Of a DNA stretch of 64,000 nucleotides, positions 18,147 to 28,371 are shown in pieces. The translations under genes and the position numbers were made by a program. Origin of the DNA: Verrucomicrobiota bacterium. Its GTDB lineage: Bacteria; Verrucomicrobiota; Verrucomicrobiia; Limisphaerales; CANJXF01. The DNA lies in the NCBI GenBank assembly GCA_038214755.1, contig JBBQRQ010000017.1, positions 1 through 64,000 of the forward strand, given 5' to 3'. The notes beneath the pieces were generated by a model. It saw nothing but the letters and a program-made list of their open reading frames with translations, searched no databases and had not been told where the DNA came from. How positions within the stretch are numbered: the first letter of the stretch is position 1; every line of letters begins with the position of its first letter.

Positions 18147-18980
18147 ATGAAACTTTACCGTCTCAATCGCCTCTTCAACGCCAAGTCCAATCGCTGTTTC
18201 GACGTCGCAGTCGATCACGGGTTTTTTAACGAACGCGGTTTTTTGCAAGGGATCGAGAATCTCGAAAAAAGCATTCGCACTTTGGTCGAAGCCGCGCCGG
18301 ATGCGATTCAACTCACCGTGGGCCAGGCGCATTATTTGCAATCTTTGCCCGGCAAAGAAAAGCCCGCGCTCGTTTTGCGCACGGACGTCGCGAACGTTTA
18401 TGGGAACCAACTGCCGCGCACTTTATTCAGCCGCATGATCGAGCAGCCCGTGGAACAAGCGCTGCGTCTCGACGCGACCTGTGTGGTCGTAAATTTATTT
18501 CGCATTCCCGAACAACCGGAAGTCACCGACCAGTGCATTCAAAATATTTTGAAAATTAAACCGGAATGTGACCGCATCGGAATGCCGCTGATGATTGAGC
18601 CATTGGTTTTCCAATCGAACCAAAAAGCGGGCGGCTACATGGTCGATGGCGATCTGGAAAAAATCCTTCCCCTCGTGCGTCAGGCAGTCGAACTTGGCGC
18701 CGACATCATCAAAGCCGATCCCACCGACGACGTGAACGTTTACCACAAAGTCGTGGAAATTTCGGGGCGCATCCCCGTGCTCGTGCGCGGCGGCGGAAAA
18801 GCGGCTGACCAAGAAATTTTGGAGCGCACGGAAAATTTAATCAAACAAGGCGCGGCGGGAATTGTTTACGGACGCAACATCATTCAACACGCTGACCCAG
18901 CGGGAATGACTCGTGCCTTGATGTCGATTGTCCACGACGGCGCGAATGCGAGGGACGCGGCGAAATTCATCAAAGGTTGA
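18147..18980 (+). CDS. class I (DhnA/LsrF-type) aldolase
   Basis: VAVDHG, MPLMIEP, AVELGADIIKA (Schiff-base Lys), VLVRGG, GIVYGRNI. Confidence 0.9.
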   Translation: MKLYRLNRLFNAKSNRCFDVAVDHGFFNERGFLQGIENLEKSIRTLVEAAPDAIQLTVGQAHYLQSLPGKEKPALVLRTDVANVYGNQLPRTLFSRMIEQPVEQALRLDATCVVVNLFRIPEQPEVTDQCIQNILKIKPECDRIGMPLMIEPLVFQSNQKAGGYMVDGDLEKILPLVRQAVELGADIIKADPTDDVNVYHKVVEISGRIPVLVRGGGKAADQEILERTENLIKQGAAGIVYGRNIIQHADPAGMTRALMSIVHDGANARDAAKFIKG

Positions 18981-19032
18981 TTTATTATTTCCCGAATGAC
19001 ATTTTGTTTCCGGTAATTGTGAGCGCAATCCT

Positions 19033-19284
19033 ATGACTCAACTCAAAGTTTCCTTACCCGAACCGCTCGGAGAATTTGTCGTCGAACAAGCCGCGAAATT
19101 CGGCAAGCCCACTGCCGAAGCTTATGTGACATCGCTCGTCCGCGAGGCGCGTCGCCGCGAAGTTTTGAAAGAAGTCGAAGCCAAGTTGATCGAGGGTTTG
19201 AACAGTGGAGAACCCATTCCGGTGACGAAGGAATATTGGGAAGATAAACGAGCAAAACTTCTTAAACGCCATTACCGGAAATAA
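19033..19284 (+). CDS. ParD-like ribbon-helix-helix antitoxin
   Basis: MTQLKVSLP...FV.EQ...YVTSLVRE, LIEGLNSG; directly upstream of a ParE-like toxin. Confidence 0.85.
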   Translation: MTQLKVSLPEPLGEFVVEQAAKFGKPTAEAYVTSLVREARRREVLKEVEAKLIEGLNSGEPIPVTKEYWEDKRAKLLKRHYRK

Positions 19285-19286
19285 GC

Positions 19287-19595
19287 GTGCGGCGGATCGT
19301 CATCAGCCCAAAAGCCGACGTTGATCTGGACAATCAGTTTAACTTCATCGCCCATGATAATTTAGATGCGGCCCAGCGTTTTCTCGCCGCCGCTCAAGAT
19401 GCATTCACTCGCTTGAATCGAATGCCGGAACTCGGCGTGTTGGCGCATTTTGAGAACATTCGATTTTGGCCGATCGCCCATTTTCGTAACCACTTGATTT
19501 TCTATCGTCCTATTTCGGACGGTATTGAAATCGTCCGCGTGCTGGACGGAGCGCGTGATTGGCACCGCGTTCTTGAAGAAGACGAAATTTTATGA
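19287..19595 (+). CDS. RelE/ParE-family toxin
   Basis: ISPKADVDL...IAHDN..AA.RF; HLIFYR...IEIVRVLDGARD. Confidence 0.9.
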   Translation: MRRIVISPKADVDLDNQFNFIAHDNLDAAQRFLAAAQDAFTRLNRMPELGVLAHFENIRFWPIAHFRNHLIFYRPISDGIEIVRVLDGARDWHRVLEEDEIL

Positions 19596-19774
19596 ATAAA
19601 AAAATGCCCGTGGGAATTATCGGCGGCGGTTTGATGGGACGGGAACCACTGCGTTTGCCCGCTGGTTCGTCCTCGAAGATTTTTCGGTGCAAACCGAACT
19701 CGCTGCCGTTTGCGATGTGCAGGACAAGTTGCTGGAATGGTTCAAAAAAGTTCAACCGTAAAATTACTCACGAA
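19592..19774 (+). pseudogene. frameshifted 5' fragment duplicating the Gfo/Idh/MocA gene at 20508
   Basis: nucleotide match to about 20508-20693 (e.g. GCTGGTTCGTCCTCGAAGATTTT, CAGGACAAGTTGCTGGAATGGTTCAAAAAAGTTC) with small deletions. Confidence 0.9.
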
Positions 19775-19918
19775 CATTGTTCATGACGGCGCGACTGCGA
19801 AAGCCGTGACGAAATGGTTTAAAAATTATGGACCATTTTCAAGGTCACAAATTGTGACCTTGAACATCCCGGACTCCGTTGCAAAAACTTTAAGGTCACA
19901 CTTTGTGACCTTAGAAAT

Positions 19919-20503
19919 ATGAGAACCAAACTCCAGATCATTCCCCTCGAAGATATCCAGCCGTTGATTTTATTTATCAGTGGGAAAAAAGTTATTTTGG
20001 ATTTCGATTTGGCCCGAATTTATGGAGTTACAACCAAAGTTTTCAACCAAGCCGTCAAGCGCAACGCAGACAGATTTCCTCCGGACTTTCTTTTTCGCCT
20101 CACTAAATCCGACACGGAATTCTGGCATCTTTCAAGGTCACAAACTGTGACCTTGAAACGCGGCGGCAACATTAAGTATCGGCCTTACGCATTCACCGAA
20201 CATGGAGCGATGATGGCGGCCAATATTCTTCGGAGTAAACGGGCTATTGCTATGAGCATTTTCATTGTTCGCGCTTTCAACGAAATGCGCCAGATGCTGG
20301 AAAACAATAAAGTCCTCTCGGAGAAATTGGCCGAACTAGAAAAGAAACTTTCGGGTCGCCTGGATGACCACCAACAGGCGATTCTCCAAATTCTCAAAGA
20401 AATCCAAAAACTCGCGGCTACCTCCATTTCCAAAATCGAACCACGCGAAATTGGTTTTCACGTCAAGAACGTGGCTTCCAATCCGATAGGAAAAAAGAAA
20501 TGA
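19919..20503 (+). CDS. ORF6N-domain DNA-binding protein
   Basis: KVILDFDLARIYGVTTKVFNQAVKRNADRFPPDF, PYAFTEHGAMMAANILRS, C-terminal REIGF. Confidence 0.93.
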   Translation: MRTKLQIIPLEDIQPLILFISGKKVILDFDLARIYGVTTKVFNQAVKRNADRFPPDFLFRLTKSDTEFWHLSRSQTVTLKRGGNIKYRPYAFTEHGAMMAANILRSKRAIAMSIFIVRAFNEMRQMLENNKVLSEKLAELEKKLSGRLDDHQQAILQILKEIQKLAATSISKIEPREIGFHVKNVASNPIGKKK

Positions 20504-20507
20504 TTTT

Positions 20508-21632
20508 ATGAATCAAAAAATGCGTGTGGGAATTATCGGTGGCGGCTTGATGGGACGCGAAGCGGCCAGTGCGTTCGGCCGCTGGTTCGTCCTCGAAGAT
20601 TTTACGGTGCAAGCCGAACTCGTGGCCGTTTGCGATTTGCAGGACAAGTTGCTGGAATGGTTCAAAAAAGTTCCGACCGTCAAATTGCTCACAAAAGATC
20701 ACAACGAGCTTTTGAAATCGCGGGATGTAGATGTGGTCTATGTCGCCGTTCCGCACAATCTCCACGAGAAACTTTATCTCGATGTGCTCAATGCGGGGAG
20801 AGATTTGCTTGCGGAAAAACCGTTCGGCATTGATTTGGATGCAGCAAAAATCATTCGTGACGCTGCAAAAAAATCCGGGCGATTCGTGCGATGCAGTTCG
20901 GAATTTCCTTTCTTGCCGGGGGCGCAACGAGTTTTTCAGGCGGCGCAATCCGGGCAATTCGGAAAGCTCCTGGAGATTCATTCCTGCTTCTGGCATTCGA
21001 GCGACCTCGATCCCACGAAGGTAATTAACTGGAAACGGCAAAATAAATTTTGCGGCGAGATTGGCGTGATGGGCGATTTGGGAATGCACGTTGTCCATGT
21101 TCCATTTCGCCTCGGTTGGAACCCGAAACGGGTTTTTGCGCAGCTTCAAAAAATTTACACGGAGCGTCCCGACGGCAAAGGCGGCATGGCGGCGTGCGAC
21201 ACATGGGACAACGCGCTTTTGCACACGGATGTCGAGGTGAATGGACAGGAAGTTCCGATGCGCCTGGAAATGAAACGCATGGCGCCCGGCGAGACGAACA
21301 CGTGGTGGATCGAAGTGCTCGGCACGGATGGCGGGGTGCGTTACAGCACGAAGGAACCGAAAACATTGTGGACCTTTCAGCGCGGCAAAGAACAGATTTG
21401 GCAGAAGACGGACCTCGGTCATCAAATGGCTTTCCCGACGATCACGGGCGGAATTTTTGAAGCGGGTTTTCCAGATTGTTTTTTACAAATGTGGGCAGCC
21501 TACGCGGCGGAACGTGCTGGAGCCTTGGGAAACAGAATGGGTTGTGTCACCCCCGACGAAGCCGTTCGCAGCCATGAACTTTTCGCCGCCGCGCTGGATT
21601 CGCACAAAAATAAAACAGTCGTTTCGATTTAA
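20508..21632 (+). CDS. Gfo/Idh/MocA-family oxidoreductase
   Basis: VGIIGGGLMG, DVVYVAVPHNLH, LAEKPF, GVMGDLGMH. Confidence 0.93.
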   Translation: MNQKMRVGIIGGGLMGREAASAFGRWFVLEDFTVQAELVAVCDLQDKLLEWFKKVPTVKLLTKDHNELLKSRDVDVVYVAVPHNLHEKLYLDVLNAGRDLLAEKPFGIDLDAAKIIRDAAKKSGRFVRCSSEFPFLPGAQRVFQAAQSGQFGKLLEIHSCFWHSSDLDPTKVINWKRQNKFCGEIGVMGDLGMHVVHVPFRLGWNPKRVFAQLQKIYTERPDGKGGMAACDTWDNALLHTDVEVNGQEVPMRLEMKRMAPGETNTWWIEVLGTDGGVRYSTKEPKTLWTFQRGKEQIWQKTDLGHQMAFPTITGGIFEAGFPDCFLQMWAAYAAERAGALGNRMGCVTPDEAVRSHELFAAALDSHKNKTVVSI

Positions 21633-21640
21633 CCCAACGC

Positions 21641-21793
21641 CGGGGTAGCATCTGCCTCCGGCGGGTGCGAAGAAACCTATTGGGAACGCCGATCTCCCGA
21701 TCGGCACGCACCCATATTAACCGCAACGAGCCGATCGGGAGATCGGCGTTCCGAAAAATGTCTTCGCACCCGCCGGAGGCAGATGCTACCCCG
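21641..21793. repeat. GGGTAGCATCTGCCTCCGGCGGGTGCGAA-family REP doublet enclosing a second REP doublet
   Basis: perfect ~33-bp outer inverted arms; inner GGAACGCCGATCTCC...GATCGGCGTTCC at 21683-21752. Confidence 0.9.
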
Positions 21794-22169
21794 CGATTCC
21801 AAAAAAACGGCTGAGCGTGGAACGATTGCGGGCGATCGCTTCGTAGATTTTTTCCGCAATCCAAATCACTCCCGGAAACCAAAGCAGCAGGGCGAGCGGA
21901 ACGAGCAGCGGAATTCGCATCGCCAGAAAGCGAAAGCATCTCGCCGCGCGCGAAATTTTTCCATCCTTTGCCACACAATAAACGGCTTCGAGTAATTCCT
22001 TCTGCGAAATGGCGGGCACAATTTCTTTCACGCGCGAATCTGTTAGCGAAATAAATTCCAGCGTATTGAACCAATCCAACTTTTTCAGCCAACGCACTTG
22101 CGCAGAGCAAAATCTGCAATCCCCATCGTAAATCACGACGTGACTTCCTCTTGCTTTGCCTTTTTCCAT
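21786..22169 (-). CDS. DCC1-like thiol-disulfide oxidoreductase (DUF393)
   Basis: VIYDGDCRFC and YEAIARNR motifs; ATG at 22169. Confidence 0.9.
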   Translation of the reverse strand: MEKGKARGSHVVIYDGDCRFCSAQVRWLKKLDWFNTLEFISLTDSRVKEIVPAISQKELLEAVYCVAKDGKISRAARCFRFLAMRIPLLVPLALLLWFPGVIWIAEKIYEAIARNRSTLSRFFGIAG

Positions 22170-22245
22170 GCAATTAAGTATCGGCGAGCGGACGCGGAGT
22201 TCAAAGCCATTGTGCTCGATGGCGGCCACAGCAAATTATTTTTCC

Positions 22246-23652
22246 ATGACAAAAGAAGTTTTGGGCACTCATCAAAAAGCTCTGCAGATCAACCTCGACG
22301 CGAGCAAATACGGAACCTTTGCCGAGATCGGCGCCGGGCAGGAAGTGGCCCGCTGGTTTTTTCGGGTCGGTGGCGCGTCCGGGACGATTGCCAAATCCAT
22401 GTCCGCGTATGACATGGTGATCAGCGATGCGATTTACGGCCACGCCGATCGCTACGTCAGCCGCGAGCGTTTGGAAACGATGTTGGAGCGCGAATATAGT
22501 TTGCTGCTCGAACGCCTGAATGAAAAACGCGGCGACACCACAAAATTTTTTGTTTTCGCCGACACCGTGGTCGCGCGCAGCTTCAGCCAGCAGCACGACG
22601 CGCACGGCTGGCTGGGAATTCGTTTTCAGACCGAGCCGCGCAGCGAGCCTTCTGAAATCATCATCCACGTCCGTCTCTGGGACAAAGAAAACGTCCAGGA
22701 ACAGGAGGCGCTCGGCATCCTCGGAGTCAATCTGATTTTCGGCGCGCTCTATCTGCACAACGATCCCGAAGCGCTGATCGTTTCGTTGGTCGATAACGTC
22801 GGCAAAGATCGGATCGAGGTGGACATGATTCGTTTTTCCGGCCCGCGTTTTGCGAAACTCGACAACCGGATCATGGCGCTAAAACTTGTCCAAAGCGGAT
22901 TGACCAACGCCGCGCTTTTTACGGCCGATGGCGAAGTGATCCAGCCCGCCGACGCCTTTTATAAAAAATCGATTCTGGTCGAGCGCGGGAGTTTTCGCCC
23001 GATCACCAAGGTCACGCTCGACATGCTGCGTTGCGCCCAGGCGCAATTCGTGCAGGAACCCAAAGTGCAGGGCCAGGAAGTTTTGACGCTGATGGAAATG
23101 ACTCTGAAAAACCTGACCGAAGACGATCAAATTGATCACCAGGATTTTCTGGATCGCGTGGATATTCTGGGCGCGTTGGGTAAAACCGTTTTGATTTCTG
23201 ACTTCGGCGAATACTACCGGCTGGCTGGATATTTTTTTCGTTACACCAACAAGATGATCGGCATCGCGATGGGCGTGCCGAGTCTACAGGAAATTTTTGA
23301 GGAAAAATATTACACGAATTTGTCCGGCGGCATTTTGGAATCCTTCGGGCGCATGTTCAAAAACGATTTGAAACTTTACGTCTATCCCTTGCTCGAAAAA
23401 AAAACCGGCGCATTAATTTCCGCGACCAATCTACGCGTTGCGCCGCATCTCAGGCACCTGCACGCCTACCTCGTGGAGAATCGGTTCATCGAAAGTTTGC
23501 GCGATTACGATGAGCGATGCCTGCCGATTTTTTCCCGCGACGTTCTGAAAAAAATTCGCAGCGGCGATAAATCTTGGGAGGAGATGGTTCCGCCGCAGGT
23601 CGCGCAAATGATCCGCGAGCGAAATCTTTTCGGGTGCAAAGGGGTTTGCTGA
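22246..23652 (+). CDS. conserved nucleotidyltransferase-like protein (family often annotated as nicotinate-nucleotide adenylyltransferase)
   Basis: YGTFAEIGAGQEVAR, SAYDM, ERGSFRP motifs; C-terminal WEEMVPPQVA..I. Confidence 0.75.
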   Translation: MTKEVLGTHQKALQINLDASKYGTFAEIGAGQEVARWFFRVGGASGTIAKSMSAYDMVISDAIYGHADRYVSRERLETMLEREYSLLLERLNEKRGDTTKFFVFADTVVARSFSQQHDAHGWLGIRFQTEPRSEPSEIIIHVRLWDKENVQEQEALGILGVNLIFGALYLHNDPEALIVSLVDNVGKDRIEVDMIRFSGPRFAKLDNRIMALKLVQSGLTNAALFTADGEVIQPADAFYKKSILVERGSFRPITKVTLDMLRCAQAQFVQEPKVQGQEVLTLMEMTLKNLTEDDQIDHQDFLDRVDILGALGKTVLISDFGEYYRLAGYFFRYTNKMIGIAMGVPSLQEIFEEKYYTNLSGGILESFGRMFKNDLKLYVYPLLEKKTGALISATNLRVAPHLRHLHAYLVENRFIESLRDYDERCLPIFSRDVLKKIRSGDKSWEEMVPPQVAQMIRERNLFGCKGVC

Positions 23653-23804
23653 TTTTTTCGGCTTTGCCAAAAAAAATTCGGCAACGATCTGGAAATGGTT
23701 TGGAAATGAAACCCACACCACTTGTCCTAACCCATTGATTAAAAGTGTTGTTTTCGGAAACGAGACGGCGTTGACTTGGAAATCAAAGCCTTTATTTTCT
23801 TCGC

Positions 23805-24992
23805 GTGATTTCCTACGAGCTTCCAGAAAATTGGATTCATTATGACATGGCAAAACTCGTTGGCCCGCTGACCGACGCCAAAGCAGCCGTGCTTTCATTG
23901 ACGACAATTCCTTATCAACGAAGTTGGGCCGATAAATTGCAGGTCGTGCAACTCAAACGGGAAGTGGCGGGAACCTCGCGCATCGAAGGAGCCGAGTTCA
24001 CGGAAAAAGAACTGGAAGCCGCGATGAAAGAATCTCCGGAAAACCTTCACACGCGTTCGCAACGACAAGCCGCCGCAGCCGTGAAAACTTATCGCTGGAT
24101 CGAGCAACTGCCGAATGATCGTCCTATCGACGATGATTTAATTTACGAAATCCATCGGCTGATGGTGACTGATGCCGATGACGACCACTGTCCGCCGGGA
24201 AAAATCCGCGCGCGCGACCAGAACGTTACTTTCGGATCCCCTCGACACCGAGGGGTGGACGGCGGAGCGGATTGTGAAAAAGCCTTTAGCGAACTTTGCC
24301 GTGCGGTTCAACAACAGTTTCCTCAACACGATCCACTCATTCAAGCCCTGGCGCTCCATTATCATTTCGCGGCCATGCATCCTTTTCTGGATGGAAATGG
24401 GAGAACTGCGCGTGCGCTCGAAGCGTTGATGTTACAACGCACCGGATTGAGGAACGTCCTTTTTATTGCAATGTCGAATTATTATTACGAGGAAAAAAAC
24501 AATTATTTGGATGCCCTGGCGCAGGTCCGCGCCGGCAGGCACGACCTGACCTCGTTTCTAGTTTTCGGACTGCGCGGCGTGGAATTGCAGTGCAAACGGC
24601 TGTTCGGCGAGATCCGCAAAAACGTTTCCAAAGCGCTCTACCGCAATTTGATGTTCGATCTCTTCAAACGTTTACAGACCACTCGGAAACGGGTCATCGC
24701 CGAGCGGCACATCGAAATTCTCAAATTGCTTTTGGATTCGGACCATTTGCTCCTCGTGGATTTGACGGAAAAAACCCGTTCTCACTACAGTGCCTTGAGC
24801 AATCCGTATAAAGCCTTGATTCGCGATATCAACCACCTGATTGAACTGGGCGCGATCGCCTTTACGAAAAGAGAAAACAACCAATACGAAATTTTTGCGC
24901 GATTGGAATGGCCGACCGAAATTACGGAAACGGAATTTTTCAAACGAGTGAAGCAGATGCCCAAAGCCAAAACGCATCAGTTCCTCTCGTAA
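23805..24992 (+). CDS. Fic-family protein with an N-terminal inhibitory motif
   Basis: HPFLDGNGRTAR catalytic motif; TSRIEG matching (S/T)xxxE(G/N). Confidence 0.92.
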   Translation: MISYELPENWIHYDMAKLVGPLTDAKAAVLSLTTIPYQRSWADKLQVVQLKREVAGTSRIEGAEFTEKELEAAMKESPENLHTRSQRQAAAAVKTYRWIEQLPNDRPIDDDLIYEIHRLMVTDADDDHCPPGKIRARDQNVTFGSPRHRGVDGGADCEKAFSELCRAVQQQFPQHDPLIQALALHYHFAAMHPFLDGNGRTARALEALMLQRTGLRNVLFIAMSNYYYEEKNNYLDALAQVRAGRHDLTSFLVFGLRGVELQCKRLFGEIRKNVSKALYRNLMFDLFKRLQTTRKRVIAERHIEILKLLLDSDHLLLVDLTEKTRSHYSALSNPYKALIRDINHLIELGAIAFTKRENNQYEIFARLEWPTEITETEFFKRVKQMPKAKTHQFLS

Positions 24993-25004
24993 AATCATTC
25001 GCCG

Positions 25005-27452
25005 ATGAAAGAACAATTTTTCGCCAAACTTGCCGAACTTGTCGCGCTGGCGAAGGATTTTCCCACCACCGCATTCGATGAGGCCGCGCCGGAAGAAACC
25101 ACCAAGCATCAATTGCTTCGTCCGCTTCTCAAAACGCTGGGTTACGCAGACGCCAACATCGTTCCCGAATTCAGAATTGTCGGCGACCAGGTCGATTATC
25201 TTTTGCGCTCAGATCGTCCGCTTTTATTTCTCGAAGCCAAAAGTCTGATTGATGTCTCGGTGGATCTTTTCGAGGGGCACAGAACGCAGGTGCTCGATTA
25301 CATCCGCAACTATCGCGTCAGCCCGGAGCAAACACAGATGGAGCGGCCCGTTACCTGGATCGTCCTGACCAACTTCAAGCAATGGCATTTCATTCGTGTC
25401 ACGGAGGAAAAACCTTCCTTCTCTTTCAAGCTCAACGAACTCATCGCGCGGCGCGAAGAACTTTGGGAATTGCTTGCGTTGGAAAATGTCGAAGCCGGAC
25501 GCATCGAGGAACTCTACGACCAAAGCCACAAAGCGGATTTAGACAAACGTTTTCTCGCCGACCTCAAACGCTGGCGGCTCATCATCGCCAACGGTTTTGC
25601 GCTCCGAAACCAAAAGCGTTCGCTCGAAGAAATCACTCTTGCCAGCCAGCAGTTGCTCGACCGCTTCATCTTCTGCCGCATGTTGGAAACGCACCGGCTC
25701 ATCGAATGGAACAAGCTCGCCCGCGCCTACATGCATTACGACGAGATGTTCGGCAGTTTCGAGGGGAAAACTTTCGCCGAACATCTTCGTGAATCGCTTT
25801 TCCAGGAAATCAAAGTCAAGTTCAACACCGAACTTTTCCAGCAGCCGCTGCTCTGCGACGAACTGGTGATCGACAATGAAGCTCTCGCCACGGTCATCGG
25901 CCACGAACCGCTCCACGCGGAACTCGCCGCCACCGCTGGGATTGCCGTCGGCCAGGGCGAACTGTTTCCCTTCCGTCATCTCTATCTTTACGACTTCAGC
26001 AAGATGTCGCAGGACATCATGGGCGCAGTCTATGAACGCTTCCTCGCTCACCGGTTATTGCGGGACGACGGACGCATTGTCATCGAAGACACCGACGAAT
26101 TGCGGAAAAAGGAAGGCATCTATTACACGCCGCAATACATCGTCGATTACATCGTCGCCCACACGCTCGGCGAAAAAATCAAACCGATCCTCGCCGAAGC
26201 GCTCACGCTGCTTGGCTATAAAAATTACAAGGATGCCGCCAATAAAATCCGCGAGTTCTCGCAAATCAAAGTCCTCGACCCCGCGATGGGTTCCGGCTCG
26301 TTCCTCCTGCGCGCGTTCGATGCGCTCGTTCACGCCTACGAGGAATACAATCTCGCCTGTCGCAAGGCCAAGGCCGAGCGTGGCAACGGTTCGGGCATGT
26401 TGTTCGACGCGGTGGCGGGCATTGCCGAAGAAGTGGACCACCTTGGCATCCGCGTCGCCACGGAAAACATTTTCGGCGTGGACCTCGATGCGCAGGCCAT
26501 TGAAGTCGCCAAGCTCAATCTTTGGATGCGTTTGATGGCCGTCGAGCGCGACTTCATTCGCAGCGAATTGCAAAAGCGGGGCAAGGTTTCGCGCCCGATG
26601 AATTTCCTGCCTGACCTCAGAAAAAATCTGCGGCGCGGCAACTCGCTCATCGCGGACCAAGCGGTCGCGGGCGACGCAGCGTTCGATTGGGAAAAAGAAT
26701 TTCCAGAAATCATGGGTAGCACAGGCGACTCGCCTGTCCCGGTCGGCGACCCGCCGACCGAAACGGGGAGAGCCGCCGATTTGAAAATCAGCGCTGAGTT
26801 ACAGACGGACGCGCGCTCCTCTTCCGCTCGGCAAGTTGCCGAGCGGCACGGGCAGGTTGCCCGTGCCACCCAAGCCAGCAGCGGCGGATTCGACGTCGTC
26901 ATCGGCAATCCGCCGTACGAGCGCATTCAGACGATGATGGGTAACGCGCCGCAAGCCGTGGAATTTCTCAAAGCCAACTATCGCTCTGCGGCCAGCGGCA
27001 ACTTCGACATCTACGTCTGCTTCATCGAACGCGGATTGCAATTGCTGAAGGATGACGGGCTATTCGGCTACATTTGCCCGCACAAATTTTTCCAGGCGGA
27101 ATACGGCCGAGAACTGCGAACACTCCTCACCGAAAACCAACACGTTCGAGAAGTCGTTTCTTTTGGCGATCAACAGGTGTTTCCTCAAGCCACGACCTAC
27201 ACTTGTCTGCTCTTTTTGCAGCGGCAGCCGCAGGAGAGAAAAACTTTTATCAAGGTGGACGACATCGAATCCTGGCGCGGCAATGGCGAGGCAGCGATCG
27301 GCAAGATTGCGCCGATCAGTTTCGCGGGCGACCAATGGAATTTCGTTGTCGGCAACGGAGCAGAACTCTTTGCCAAATTGAACCAGCAGCCTGTTCGATT
27401 GCGCGACGTGGCTGACAGAATTGCCCAAGGCATCGTCGAAGAATCCAATTGA
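25005..27452 (+). pseudogene. type IIG/Eco57I-like fused restriction endonuclease and N6-adenine methyltransferase, probably C-terminally truncated
   Basis: DYLL...FLEAK nuclease motif; GIYYTP, VLDPAMGSGSFL, GNPPY; ends at RIAQGIVEESN, 1 nt before fabD, with no recognisable target-recognition domain. Confidence 0.7.
26714..26871. repeat. GGGTAGCAC-family REP doublet inserted in frame in the R-M gene
   Basis: GGGTAGCACAGGCGACTCGCCTGT...ACGGGCAGGTTGCCCGTGCCACCC between the codons for FPEIM and ASSGGFDVVIGNPPY. Confidence 0.85.
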
Positions 27453-27453
27453 G

Positions 27454-28368
27454 ATGAGCAAGACCGCGCTACTTTTCGCCGGACAAGGCGCGCAGGTCGT
27501 CGGGATGGGGCGCGACTTGGCGGAAAAATTTCCCAGCGCGAAAAAATGGTTTGACCAGGCCAACGAAATTCTCGGCTACGATCTGGCGTCGGTTTGTTTC
27601 AACGGGCCGGAAGCGGAACTGACCAAAACGGAAAACGCGCAGCCGGGAATTTTTTTGGTGAGCTGGCTCGCGTTTCAATTGCTCAAAGAAAAAATTCCTG
27701 ATTTGAAATTTGAAGCAACGGCGGGTTTATCGCTCGGAGAATTCACCGCGCTGACGGCAGCGGGCGCGATGAGTTTTGAAGATGGATTAAAAATTGTGCG
27801 CGAGCGCGGACGATTCATGCAGGAGGCTTGCGAATCCACCAAAGGCAGCATGGCCGCGATCATCGGGTTGGATGAAACGCCGACGCGCGAAGTTTGCGCC
27901 GAAGCTGGAGTCGAATTGGCAAATTTAAATTGTCCGGGACAAATTGTGATTTCCGGCGAGGCGGAAAAAATCGCGAAGGCGTGTGAACTGGCGAAAGCAA
28001 AAGGCGCCAAACGCGCCTTGCCGCTCCCGGTGGCAGGAGCTTATCACTCGAAATTGATGGCGAGCGCGCAGTCGCAATTGCAAAGCATTTTAGATCGCAT
28101 CACTCTGAATTCGCCGAAAGTTCCAGTGATATCGAACGTCACCGCGCAACCGCACGGTGGTCCGGAAACGATTCGCGCCAAACTCGTGCAACAAGTGACG
28201 TCATCAGTGCGCTGGGAAGATTCGATGCGCTATCTGCTCGCGCAAAATTTCACGCGCTTCATCGAGCTTGGCCCAGGCACGGCGTTGAGCGGGTTTATGA
28301 AACGCATCGACAAAAATGTTCAGATGCAGAACGTCGGGGACATCTCCAGTTTGGAAATTATTTCCTGA
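27454..28368 (+). CDS. fabD: malonyl-CoA:ACP transacylase
   Basis: FAGQGAQ, AGLSLGEF, VAGAYHS, ELGPG. Confidence 0.96.
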   Translation: MSKTALLFAGQGAQVVGMGRDLAEKFPSAKKWFDQANEILGYDLASVCFNGPEAELTKTENAQPGIFLVSWLAFQLLKEKIPDLKFEATAGLSLGEFTALTAAGAMSFEDGLKIVRERGRFMQEACESTKGSMAAIIGLDETPTREVCAEAGVELANLNCPGQIVISGEAEKIAKACELAKAKGAKRALPLPVAGAYHSKLMASAQSQLQSILDRITLNSPKVPVISNVTAQPHGGPETIRAKLVQQVTSSVRWEDSMRYLLAQNFTRFIELGPGTALSGFMKRIDKNVQMQNVGDISSLEIIS

Positions 28369-28371
28369 TCA

